From NCBI GenBank assembly GCA_965283715.1, contig CBDIPL010000004.1, positions 199,780 through 263,779 on the forward strand: a DNA stretch of 64,000 nucleotides, in the 5' to 3' direction. Under the pieces are notes generated by a model, which was not told the DNA's origin, searched no databases, and saw only the letters and a program-made list of their open reading frames with translations. Below, piece after piece: positions 37,617 through 46,656 of this stretch; position 1 is the first letter of the stretch, and every line of letters begins with the position of its first letter. The position numbers and the translations under genes are program-made. Source of the DNA: Sediminibacterium sp. Its GTDB lineage: Bacteria; Bacteroidota; Bacteroidia; Chitinophagales; Chitinophagaceae.

Positions 37617-38380
37617 TATACAATTTTGGTTGCAAAAAACATGGCTTTGCCTGTTACAGCTTTTTGTACAGACATTTCGTAGCCCATCGAATTAAACATA
37701 AACCTATAATCTGAAACCGGATAATAATGGTCACCTAAATCATGGTCCGTAGGAAATATTTTATGAAAGTCTGTTTCAAAACTTCCTTTTTTGATCAGAT
37801 TACGTAAAAAACCTTTTGCTTTTTTTAGAAATGTAAAATAATGTTCTCCTATCAATATGATGCTTCCCCCTGGTTTTAATATCCTGTCACATTCAACCAA
37901 AAGATGCAGTGGGCGGTCGGCATGATGGAATGCTTGGGAAAAAAAGATAACATCGAAAGAATTTTTTTCAAATTTAAGATCGTAAAAGCTTCCTATGTAC
38001 CGATGCAGCTTGTTTTCATCACCACCCAGCATTCTTATAGAGTGCTCATATAATTCAGCCAATCTGTGTTGTGATATCTCCACTGAGTGCACTTCTGCTA
38101 CTGCATCAATTTTAGAAAGCAGGCTTGATGTCCAGCCAATACCTGCAGCAAGATCGGCAATCTTCAAATTGCAACCGGGAAGTCCCTTTATAATCGCTTC
38201 TGCATCATAATACTCATCAAACAGACCGGATTTTTTAAGGTAGTTCAAACATCTGTCGTAGTCGCCATCAACGATCCACCATTCTTTCTTTTTCTCTGCC
38301 TCAAGATCGTTCCAATATTCTGCAGAATAAATGTTTTGTAATTGATCCTGGGTGAGCCAGTTCTGTACGGGTGTAAGCAT
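37616..38380 (-). CDS. Class I SAM-dependent methyltransferase
   Basis: ADLAAGIG, VEIS, SFDVIFFSQAFHH, RILKPGG. Confidence 0.88.
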   Translation of the reverse strand: MLTPVQNWLTQDQLQNIYSAEYWNDLEAEKKKEWWIVDGDYDRCLNYLKKSGLFDEYYDAEAIIKGLPGCNLKIADLAAGIGWTSSLLSKIDAVAEVHSVEISQHRLAELYEHSIRMLGGDENKLHRYIGSFYDLKFEKNSFDVIFFSQAFHHADRPLHLLVECDRILKPGGSIILIGEHYFTFLKKAKGFLRNLIKKGSFETDFHKIFPTDHDLGDHYYPVSDYRFMFNSMGYEMSVQKAVTGKAMFFATKIV

Positions 38381-38390
38381 TTTTAATTTA

Positions 38391-40313
38391 TTATGTGTGA
38401 TTAAACTTCAAATCTTTAATGAAAGGAAAGCCATGTCTTCTAAAAAGACCTGCCCATTTGGATAAAGCAGGGTTCAATTCAAAAAAATCTTTTTTTGGTT
38501 TTACCTCAAATGGATATAAGGATAATTTTTCGCAAAGTTCATCAACCGAATGAATAAACTCCACATCATCGGTTCCAAACAAGGAATTAATATTCAGGTT
38601 ACCGGAAGCTCCTACGATGATTACAGGAATGCCATGATATACGGCTTCTAAAGAAACAGACGTTGAATTAGATGTGTATACGACATGTGAATTACCCCAC
38701 AATGTAGAAAGAGGCTGATAAACAATAGTATTAGGTATTGTAAAATTGGCCTTTTCTACCATATATTCTACCGGTATCAAAGGATGGGGTTTGATAATGA
38801 TCTGTGAGAATTTCTTTAATGCCCCTTTTTTCTCTGCGAGCGACAGAAGCCCGATCTGGATCTCTGTTTCTGTCTGAATAGATCCCGTAACAACTAACAG
38901 GTTGTAACCTGCCTGCGCATTTTTTTCAGATACACTTTCGATAGGCTGTAAAGATGCGATATACCGTAAAGCTTCGAATGTTTCTACCCTGCTTGCCTCC
39001 CAGCCCCCATTCACCAACATTTGCCTGGATTGATTGCCTGGTGCCGCAAGTAAATCAGGCACCAGCCTTCTTTCTTTGCCGCCTTCGATTTCCATTGCAT
39101 TGCCAGGAAAAACTTTTAAATTATATAAGGCACAATTGGCAGGTGTATGAACGGAGCCCACAAAAAAAGCCTGATGCAATTTGTTTCTGATGGTTAACAG
39201 GCATTGCTCCCATGGTTGGTTTTCCCATACGTAGATAATAAGGTTGGTTTGTGCAGGTAGTTTTTTTGACATTTCATTAAATGCCGACATCTGCATACTG
39301 TTATTGATAGCTGTATGGCCTACAAAAGTTTCATCCCAGTCGTTTTTTAACAGAGGGAAAAAATTCAGTTGAGAACCCGGGAATGAAAAGAACTCATGCG
39401 CTTTAGTAAGAAAATTTTTTTTATACAAGAGCTTACCATAAAAAAAAAGCCCCTTGCAAAAAGAGCGGATACCAATAAAATCTTCCAGAAACAAAAACCT
39501 ACTTCCCTTATAAGCAGCAGATGCATTTAAACGTGATTGGAAATGAACGCTCTCTTTGTAAGAAAGCTGACGCATATTTGAATACATCCATACCCAGTTT
39601 ACCGGAATTTTTTCCTGTTGTATCAGATCATGCAGAGAACCCCAGTAATTAGAATAAAATTCATCGTGATCTGCTTTTTTTAAATCAATACCGGGGAAAT
39701 AGGTAACTATGGTACAGGCTGCACTAGGATCCGGCTTAACATGATTAGAGAAGCGCAGACGTTTCATTACAATATGCACGAGGTACAGTAAAGCCTGAAA
39801 AATCAATGGCAATGACTGGTATACTTTGTCTATTCCTTGTAAAGCTGATTTGTTTTCGCTTTTTGTACGCGTCCATTTAAATGAATGCCTTTGTTGCCTG
39901 AGCCATTTACTTAATACCTGTGCAACTTTTTTATTGCTTCCTATGTATACAAGATGCCGGTAATTTCCACTGATAAATTTCTTTTCAATAACACGTATCC
40001 GCAACACATCGTAAACAGCTTTGGTTTTATAAGGAGATTTATCAGCAATAAGTGTTTGCCACCAATATGAGCCTCCATCTAATAACTCTGTGCACAGGTG
40101 TTCAGATAAGGTTGCACCATTAAATGAAGCAGTGGCCAGGTTTGCTGTCCAGTTAAGATATTCACTTCTCAGTTCCAATACGTCTTCTTCAACAATCTTC
40201 GGAATAGAAAATACACCCTGACTTTCTTCAAACGAATCCCATAGAAAGGTATCAACGCTATTGAGTGGAAGATGGCCGATATCTTCCACAACAGTTAAGG
40301 TCTTTGCGATCAT
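38391..40313 (-). CDS. LIC13510/TIGR04326-like surface carbohydrate biosynthesis protein; orphan with GT-B-like C-terminus
   Basis: SIPKIVEE...LRSEYLNW, SYWWQTLIADK, SNYWGSL, WENQPWE resemble that family (from memory). The C-terminus has IIKPHP and NSTSVSLEAVYHGIPV. Confidence 0.65.
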   Translation of the reverse strand: MIAKTLTVVEDIGHLPLNSVDTFLWDSFEESQGVFSIPKIVEEDVLELRSEYLNWTANLATASFNGATLSEHLCTELLDGGSYWWQTLIADKSPYKTKAVYDVLRIRVIEKKFISGNYRHLVYIGSNKKVAQVLSKWLRQQRHSFKWTRTKSENKSALQGIDKVYQSLPLIFQALLYLVHIVMKRLRFSNHVKPDPSAACTIVTYFPGIDLKKADHDEFYSNYWGSLHDLIQQEKIPVNWVWMYSNMRQLSYKESVHFQSRLNASAAYKGSRFLFLEDFIGIRSFCKGLFFYGKLLYKKNFLTKAHEFFSFPGSQLNFFPLLKNDWDETFVGHTAINNSMQMSAFNEMSKKLPAQTNLIIYVWENQPWEQCLLTIRNKLHQAFFVGSVHTPANCALYNLKVFPGNAMEIEGGKERRLVPDLLAAPGNQSRQMLVNGGWEASRVETFEALRYIASLQPIESVSEKNAQAGYNLLVVTGSIQTETEIQIGLLSLAEKKGALKKFSQIIIKPHPLIPVEYMVEKANFTIPNTIVYQPLSTLWGNSHVVYTSNSTSVSLEAVYHGIPVIIVGASGNLNINSLFGTDDVEFIHSVDELCEKLSLYPFEVKPKKDFFELNPALSKWAGLFRRHGFPFIKDLKFNHT

Positions 40314-40318
40314 TGATT

Positions 40319-41083
40319 TTATTTGCCGGTTCCCTCGTGAAGTTCTCTTATCATTTTTTCAGCTTCAATTAGGTCTTCTTCACAATCAACGCTTTTTACA
40401 GGCGCAGTGCATTCGATCATACGAACTTTCATCCCGTTTTCAACAAACCGCATCATATCTACTGACTCGATCTCTTCATAGTATGCGTTAGGTAATTCCA
40501 CAAATTTCTCAAGCGCGCTTGCCCACATAGGCATTACGCAGATCTCAATACGGCATTCAAATTTCTTATCACCAAGCCAGATAGCCGGCAATGCATTTCT
40601 TGAAAAATACATTGCGTTAGATTGCGTATCTATCACCACTTTAACCTCATTCTGATCTGCTTCAGATTCCGAATAGCTCATCCACTTGTAAAGGTTCACA
40701 CAAGAAACATCTGCATTTGCTTCCAGTTCGCTAATTGCCTTATCCAGCCATTCACCTGTTACAAGAGGCTCATCTCCTTGAAAGTTAACAACAATGTCCC
40801 ATTTCTTTCCGGTACCCTTATAAGCCTCATGTACGCGTTCAGTTCCCCTGCGGTGCGAGTCGCTGGTTAATACAACTTTAGCGCCGAAAGCTTCACAACG
40901 ATCCACTATTTCCTGGTTAGGTGTTGCTATCAGAATTTCATCAGCATATTTTGAATTACTTATATTTTCCCAAACCCACCGAAGCATTTCTTTCCCATAA
41001 ATCATGCGAAGCGGTTTATCAGGAAACCTGTACCCACCCATACGGGCCGGGATCACAACTAATACACTACGTCCGTTTATCAT
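40319..41083 (-). CDS. kdsB: CMP-ulosonate synthetase, KdsB-like (copy 2, divergent)
   Basis: IPARMGGYRFPDKPL, HRRGTER, NFQGDEP, VKVV, YFSR, ESVDMMR, SVDCEED. Confidence 0.8.
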   Translation of the reverse strand: MINGRSVLVVIPARMGGYRFPDKPLRMIYGKEMLRWVWENISNSKYADEILIATPNQEIVDRCEAFGAKVVLTSDSHRRGTERVHEAYKGTGKKWDIVVNFQGDEPLVTGEWLDKAISELEANADVSCVNLYKWMSYSESEADQNEVKVVIDTQSNAMYFSRNALPAIWLGDKKFECRIEICVMPMWASALEKFVELPNAYYEEIESVDMMRFVENGMKVRMIECTAPVKSVDCEEDLIEAEKMIRELHEGTGK

Positions 41084-41826
41084 ATTTTACTTAATATTTT
41101 TTCAACGCGTTTAAGATCTTCCAGTGTATCCACCGCCTTGGTATCAAAAGCGGTAGGAACCATTCTTACTTTCTTTCCATGTTCAAGAATCCGCATCATA
41201 TCAACAGATTCGGCCACCTCCAGTGGAGTTGGTGTAAGCTGAATATATTCAAGCAGAAAATCTCTTCTGAATGGAATAATACAAACCTGTTTATACATCG
41301 GGATATTATCCGTTTTTGTTGGTGTTGGAATAGGCTCCCTTGAAAAATACAATGCATCACTGTTCAGATCGCATACCACTTTGATGCAGTTGCGGTCTTC
41401 AAATTCTTCTACAGATTCTATTTTTCCAAGAAGATTGGTTACCTGTATCGATTCGTCTGTAAGCATGGGTTGTAATGCTTCATCGATCATGTCAGGATGT
41501 GTCATGGGTTCATCACCTTGTACCATTACAACAATATCGTATTTTGTATTGTTCAGGGCTTCAAGTTTTGCCAATGCTTCTGCACACCTGTCTGATGCAC
41601 GTTCGTGCGTATCGCTGGTCATCACCGCCGTTCCGCCTATTGATTCAATGTAATCGAAAATCTCCTGATCGCATGTTGCTACTGCGGTAAGGGTTAGTTT
41701 TGGTGACTGTGATACTCTCTCGTACACATGTCCAATCATAGGTTTTCCAAGTATTTGTGCCATCGGCTTTCCCGGGAAACGACTGCTGCCCATACGTGCG
41801 GGTATCAATGCAATAATGTTGGTCAT
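41080..41826 (-). CDS. kdsB: CMP-ulosonate synthetase, KdsB-like (copy 1)
   Basis: IPARMGSSRFPGKP, HERASDR, VQGDEP, IKVV, YFSREPIP, ESVDMMR, AVDTLED. Confidence 0.88.
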   Translation of the reverse strand: MTNIIALIPARMGSSRFPGKPMAQILGKPMIGHVYERVSQSPKLTLTAVATCDQEIFDYIESIGGTAVMTSDTHERASDRCAEALAKLEALNNTKYDIVVMVQGDEPMTHPDMIDEALQPMLTDESIQVTNLLGKIESVEEFEDRNCIKVVCDLNSDALYFSREPIPTPTKTDNIPMYKQVCIIPFRRDFLLEYIQLTPTPLEVAESVDMMRILEHGKKVRMVPTAFDTKAVDTLEDLKRVEKILSKI

Positions 41827-41837
41827 ACTAGATATAA

Positions 41838-42767
41838 TTAATGATTGTTTTTATGTTTAAGTGCCCATTCTGTAAATACGGGAAACCCCTTATCAAGGCT
41901 GGTGAATGTTTCCATTCCTAATATTTCTTTCAGTGATTGATTGTCTGCATAAATACCATTCTGGTCGCCGGGTGTAGAACCTTCTACAAAAAAACTTGCA
42001 CCGGGGATATTCTTGCATATTTTTTCCAGTAATCCTCCGATGGTTGTTCTTACACCTGTACCTACATTGAACACTTTATTTTTTGCTGATCGATAAGTAG
42101 CCGATCTGAACCAAGCTTCCACAACATCCTCTATATAAATAAAATCCCTGTAACGTTCGAGACTTCCTTTTACAAGTATTTTTCCTGAGTTCAATGCCTG
42201 GGCCAGGTAAATACTCACCATTCCCTGCCTTAGATTACTAAGGTCCTGCCCAGGTCCATATACATTAAACATACGGAGCGCAACAAAAGGTAGTTTATCC
42301 TGGTATACGCGAAGATATCCTTCGCTTGAAAATTTTCCTACACCATATACCGAAAGTGGTTTTGGAAAATGAGATTCATTCACAGGTTCATCCGGAACAT
42401 TTCCATAAACAGACATAGAGCTTGCATACACGATCCTGTCTGCTTTGATATCTATACCATATCTGATCAGGTTCAACGTGGAAACTACATTTTTTTCGAG
42501 ATCGGCAACCGGATCATCGTAACTGATCTCTCCTGATGACTGTCCTGCCAAATGAAGAATAGCCGAACAATCTCTCGGGAACTTTTCCATTGTGGCTGGC
42601 AGGCTGAGATCTTCTTTCAAAAACGTAATACCTTGCGGTACATTTTCAACTTTACCGGTTGAAAAATCATCCACACCTATTACTTCATAGCCTTCCGCAA
42701 GAAATCTTTCGGCAACATGTGAACCAATAAATCCACCTACGCCGGTAACCAATACTTTTTTTTTCAT
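41838..42767 (-). CDS. NAD-dependent epimerase/dehydratase
   Basis: VTGVGGFIG, HLAGQSSGE, SSMSVYG, YGVGK, RMFNVYGPGQ, RDFIY. Confidence 0.9.
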   Translation of the reverse strand: MKKKVLVTGVGGFIGSHVAERFLAEGYEVIGVDDFSTGKVENVPQGITFLKEDLSLPATMEKFPRDCSAILHLAGQSSGEISYDDPVADLEKNVVSTLNLIRYGIDIKADRIVYASSMSVYGNVPDEPVNESHFPKPLSVYGVGKFSSEGYLRVYQDKLPFVALRMFNVYGPGQDLSNLRQGMVSIYLAQALNSGKILVKGSLERYRDFIYIEDVVEAWFRSATYRSAKNKVFNVGTGVRTTIGGLLEKICKNIPGASFFVEGSTPGDQNGIYADNQSLKEILGMETFTSLDKGFPVFTEWALKHKNNH

Positions 42768-42802
42768 TTTTTATAATTTGTGATATTTCCTTTGCGCCAT
42801 GC

Positions 42803-43573
42803 TTAACTGATTTGCTTACGATCAAACGCAGCTGCATTCGATAAGAAAACAGAATCAATTGAATAGGCAAGAAAACGATAGCCTTCATCAATTCTTGATT
42901 TAAGTAATAGCGGATCAGGTGACACAACATGTACACCACCCGGTATCCCATATTTGCGGCATAAAATAAGAATGCGTTCCATTGCTGAAACAAATGCAGG
43001 AGCATCGAACTGTGCCGTTACACCCATTGATGCGGAAAGATCATAAGGCCCTACCAATATTGCATCCAATCCTTCTACCTGCAATATTTTATCCAGTTGA
43101 TCTACTGCTTTTATATTTTCAATCATAGCTACCAGTAGGGGAGCCTGTGCTTCTTCCTGGTATGCCTGGAAATATTTTCCAAAAAGATTGGCCCGTGAAA
43201 ACCCCACACCACGTGTACCGGCCGGAGGCCAGCAACAGGCATCTTTTACCATCTGTAATTCTTCTGCGCTTTCTACCATTGGAACAATTACTCCACCAGC
43301 GCCTGCGTCCAGTGCCTGTTTGCAATCCTTTATATGTCCCTGCGCCAAACGTACCAGTGGCAAGGTTCCCCCAAGTTCCAGCGCTCTGAACATATCTGGT
43401 AATTGATGCAAACTAAATGCACCATGTTCAAGGTCTATGGCAACCCAGTCATAACCTGCATCCCCCATGATCTCTGCTACAGAAGCGTTGGGTAGCTGCA
43501 TCCAGCTGCCTATGGTTGGTTTACCTCCTTTGAGTATTTCGCGGATTGATCTTATTTTTTCAAGGCGATTCAT
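42803..43573 (-). CDS. HpcH/HpaI family class II pyruvate aldolase
   Basis: GYDWVAIDLEH, LDAGAGGVIVPMV, GTRGVG, MIE, VGPYDLSASMG. Confidence 0.92.
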   Translation of the reverse strand: MNRLEKIRSIREILKGGKPTIGSWMQLPNASVAEIMGDAGYDWVAIDLEHGAFSLHQLPDMFRALELGGTLPLVRLAQGHIKDCKQALDAGAGGVIVPMVESAEELQMVKDACCWPPAGTRGVGFSRANLFGKYFQAYQEEAQAPLLVAMIENIKAVDQLDKILQVEGLDAILVGPYDLSASMGVTAQFDAPAFVSAMERILILCRKYGIPGGVHVVSPDPLLLKSRIDEGYRFLAYSIDSVFLSNAAAFDRKQIS

Positions 43574-44226
43574 AGTTCTGACATATTATCAACCGCGTAA
43601 CCGGCATAATTAGGAAATGAGTTTAGATTGGAGGTATGTTTACGTAAGAGGAACGGCACTTTGTTGGCAAGTGCTGCTTCATAATCCGCAATGGCGTCGC
43701 CGATCATTATGGCATCTTCTGCAGGAAGCTGCTGTTGGTGCAGCATTTCGGCAATGGCGTCTTTTTTTGTAGCGGGTGTTCCATACACTGCAAAAAAAAC
43801 AGAATCAAGGTCAAGCTCATGTAAGATACTTTCTAATTCATGCTGTGGCGTTGCAGAAATCACTACAAACAGTTGCCGGTGAATATTACTACGAAGGTAT
43901 TCTTCAGCGCCTGTAACCCATGGTGCTTTGATCACGCCATCAAAACTTAATGCACTGAATTGTTTATGCAGTTCATTGATCCGTTCAGGTGTAACCGTTT
44001 CATTGACCCATTGCAGGTAAATAGGAAACTTAATAAACCTCGACATTCCCCCGTTGGCTTCATGATGCTGTTTAACTTTATCTGCTATTTCTGAACCGTA
44101 TTGCTGAAACAATGCAACAAATGCTTTTGTTTTAACATCAACGGATTCCTTGATCACACCATCAAAATCCCAGAATACAAGCCTGGCTTTTTTAACAGCT
44201 TCTGCCGCAGTTACTGTCTTATCCAT
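43570..44226 (-). CDS. HAD-superfamily hydrolase (phosphatase)
   Basis: WDFDGVI (motif I), SATP (motif II), K, IGDAIAD (motif IV). Confidence 0.9.
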   Translation of the reverse strand: MDKTVTAAEAVKKARLVFWDFDGVIKESVDVKTKAFVALFQQYGSEIADKVKQHHEANGGMSRFIKFPIYLQWVNETVTPERINELHKQFSALSFDGVIKAPWVTGAEEYLRSNIHRQLFVVISATPQHELESILHELDLDSVFFAVYGTPATKKDAIAEMLHQQQLPAEDAIMIGDAIADYEAALANKVPFLLRKHTSNLNSFPNYAGYAVDNMSEL

Positions 44227-45059
44227 ATCTGGTTAAAGGTGTTTTCAAAACCTGATTCAGAGCTGTCGATTTCTATGGCGTGTCTTTTTTCTTTTAAGGT
44301 AAGTCCTGCGGCTGTAAGCAATGCCTTACATTGATCTGCCTGTTCTGTAAAATCATCATTTACTTCTATCAGTATACCCTTGATTTTAGCGAGAACACTA
44401 ACACCACCTTTCAAAATAAAATGTTCCAGTCCGTCCACATCCATTTTGATATATTCGGGAACAGGTAAAGATAAATGGTAGATGGCCTCTTCCATACTCA
44501 AACCGATCAACTGGTAATCGAATGTTTGTTTAATGGCCTGTCCATCCCATCCGAAGTCTTTTCCAAAAGTTGATAAAGCTCCACCCCATTCTGTACTGGT
44601 CATTCTCATTTGACTGATGCTTAAGCGATCGCTCAATGCAAGAGGAACTATGCAAATCCTATCGCTTAATTTATTCAGGTAAATATTTCGGGCGAGCAGC
44701 TCTAAGTTGAACACGGATGGTTCAAAGGCATATACCCTGCAGTTTCTTTTATGAGCCGCATACACAGAATACAAACCTATGTTAGCTCCAATATCCCAAA
44801 GAACAGCGCCTTCGGGTAAAGTATCAATCCACTCAAGCGTTTCGGGCTCTTTGGTGGAAAAACTTTTGATGCGCCATTTGCTTAATGTATTCGGTATTGC
44901 AAATTTAAACTTAAGTCCATTATGGCTAACTTCCGCTGAACGGTTCATTGAATAATTAATCACCTGCTCATAGAACTGTTTGCCTATAGCGGTAGGACCG
45001 AGTATAGATGCAAAGCGCGAGAAAAAACCCGAAATGAGCTTTTTTAATTTTTCTTTCAT
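44211..45059 (-). CDS. FkbM family methyltransferase
   Basis: KEPETLEWI, WDIGANIGLYS, AFEP, IKMDVDGLE. Confidence 0.92.
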   Translation of the reverse strand: MKEKLKKLISGFFSRFASILGPTAIGKQFYEQVINYSMNRSAEVSHNGLKFKFAIPNTLSKWRIKSFSTKEPETLEWIDTLPEGAVLWDIGANIGLYSVYAAHKRNCRVYAFEPSVFNLELLARNIYLNKLSDRICIVPLALSDRLSISQMRMTSTEWGGALSTFGKDFGWDGQAIKQTFDYQLIGLSMEEAIYHLSLPVPEYIKMDVDGLEHFILKGGVSVLAKIKGILIEVNDDFTEQADQCKALLTAAGLTLKEKRHAIEIDSSESGFENTFNQIWIRQ

Positions 45060-45943
45060 TTTGTTGAGTTGGAGGATTGGTAGTCATTAATTTGATTGAT
45101 AAGCTGTATAAGTCCCTGCCCTAAATCAACGTGCATAGGATGCACATATTTTCTGCCCAGTTTTGGCTGGTACGCGTATGGAGTTCTTATATAATGACCG
45201 GAGTCTTCTGAATTGATGAATTCAATCTCTTTTGAAAATCCGAGTATTTCAGCCAGCATTTTCATCAGATTAGAAAAACTCATCGGTTCATGGCCTGTTA
45301 ACACAATGCTTTCGTTTTTAAAATCTTCCCCTAAAGCAACCACGCTTGCTTTCGCAGCATCTTCTACATGAATATATTCCCGAATGGCATCGGGGCTAAC
45401 TTTTGAGATCTGTATAAATCCTTTTTGCAATGCATCTCTTACTATACGGTATAGTCCATTGCTTTCATCGGATCTTGGTCCAAATAAAGATCCATAACGC
45501 AGAATAGTATAATCAAGCCCGAAAGCGCGGGAGTATTCTTCAACATAATGTTCTGAAGCCTGTTTACTGCATCTGTAAAACCCGCCTTCCCTGCTGTAAA
45601 CATACACTGTGCTTGCATATACAAAACGTTTGATAGCATGTTTACGGCTCGCTTCCAGTGCCTGTACGGTTCCCAGTACGTTTATGCGTACTGTTTCAAC
45701 CGGTTTATCCAATGCATCATTGAGGTCGGCAAGTGCGGCGAAATGATAGACTACATCAGAACCCGCTATGGATTTTTCAAGTGTTGCCACATCAAGAAGG
45801 TCACCTACAATCATTTCCTGATCTGCACGTAACCAGGGAGAAGTTTTGCGGTCGAAGATACAGACCTTGTGTCCAGCCTCGCTTAATTGATCAGCCACAT
45901 GTGATCCTAGAAATCCACTGCCGCCGATAACGGTTACTCTCAT
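45056..45943 (-). CDS. NAD-dependent epimerase/dehydratase
   Basis: IGGSGFLG, HFAALAD, ASTVYV, YRCSK, RYGSLFG. Confidence 0.88.
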   Translation of the reverse strand: MRVTVIGGSGFLGSHVADQLSEAGHKVCIFDRKTSPWLRADQEMIVGDLLDVATLEKSIAGSDVVYHFAALADLNDALDKPVETVRINVLGTVQALEASRKHAIKRFVYASTVYVYSREGGFYRCSKQASEHYVEEYSRAFGLDYTILRYGSLFGPRSDESNGLYRIVRDALQKGFIQISKVSPDAIREYIHVEDAAKASVVALGEDFKNESIVLTGHEPMSFSNLMKMLAEILGFSKEIEFINSEDSGHYIRTPYAYQPKLGRKYVHPMHVDLGQGLIQLINQINDYQSSNSTK

Positions 45944-45957
45944 AATTTATTTTTCTT

Positions 45958-46656
45958 TTAAGATGCGTGGTTCATGGCATTTTCGGCAGAATGGTCCAGA
46001 AGCCATGTGCCATGTAAAGCCAGTTTAGCCGGTACGGATAAAAAATCATTTTGCCCATTGAATATTAATGCCAATGCCTTTCCTTTTGCAGGTCCCTGAC
46101 CAAAACAAAAAATCCTGCCGGCAGCACGTATAACAACAGGCGTGATTGTGAAACGTGAAAATGGTTTTTTAGTGCCAGTAGCAGGCATTACTTTTCTTTC
46201 TTTTTCAAGCAATATTTCGCTTTGCGGAAAAAGAGATGCAATATGTGCATCCTCACCAATACTAAGTAACAATATGTCTATTGTATCGGGTAATAAAGCC
46301 GCGTATCTTTTTGCCTCTTCCTCTTTATGAACTGCGTCTCCCTGAATGGGATATATTGTAATCTTTTCTGTGGGTTCATCGCTTAATAAAGATTCCATAA
46401 CCAGGCGATAATTACTTTCAGGATCACTAAGTGGCACGCAACGTTCATCACCAAAATAAAAATCGATTTTGTGAGATGATAAAAAATTGCGCCACTCGTT
46501 GTAAACGCACTGTGCGCCGCGCCCACCTGTTAACAGAATACTGCAGGAACCTTTTTCAGCACAAACATTTTCAACATACCGGTTCAATACACCGGCCGAT
46601 TCCACTGCCCAATGAGGATCTTCAAAACTTATTATCTCCGTCGTTTGATTACTCAT
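45958..46656 (-). CDS. 6-phosphogluconolactonase-like lactonase
   Basis: LTGGRG, YFGDERCVP, SNYRL, GEDAHIASLFP, RFTIT. Confidence 0.85.
   Translation of the reverse strand: MSNQTTEIISFEDPHWAVESAGVLNRYVENVCAEKGSCSILLTGGRGAQCVYNEWRNFLSSHKIDFYFGDERCVPLSDPESNYRLVMESLLSDEPTEKITIYPIQGDAVHKEEEAKRYAALLPDTIDILLLSIGEDAHIASLFPQSEILLEKERKVMPATGTKKPFSRFTITPVVIRAAGRIFCFGQGPAKGKALALIFNGQNDFLSVPAKLALHGTWLLDHSAENAMNHAS

Noticed and set aside
3743-39448. A/T runs of 8-9 nt in coding regions (e.g. 3743-3750, 4909-4917, 39440-39448) as phase-variation tracts
   Set aside because: Common in an AT-rich genome (Lys/Phe codons), and all are in frame.
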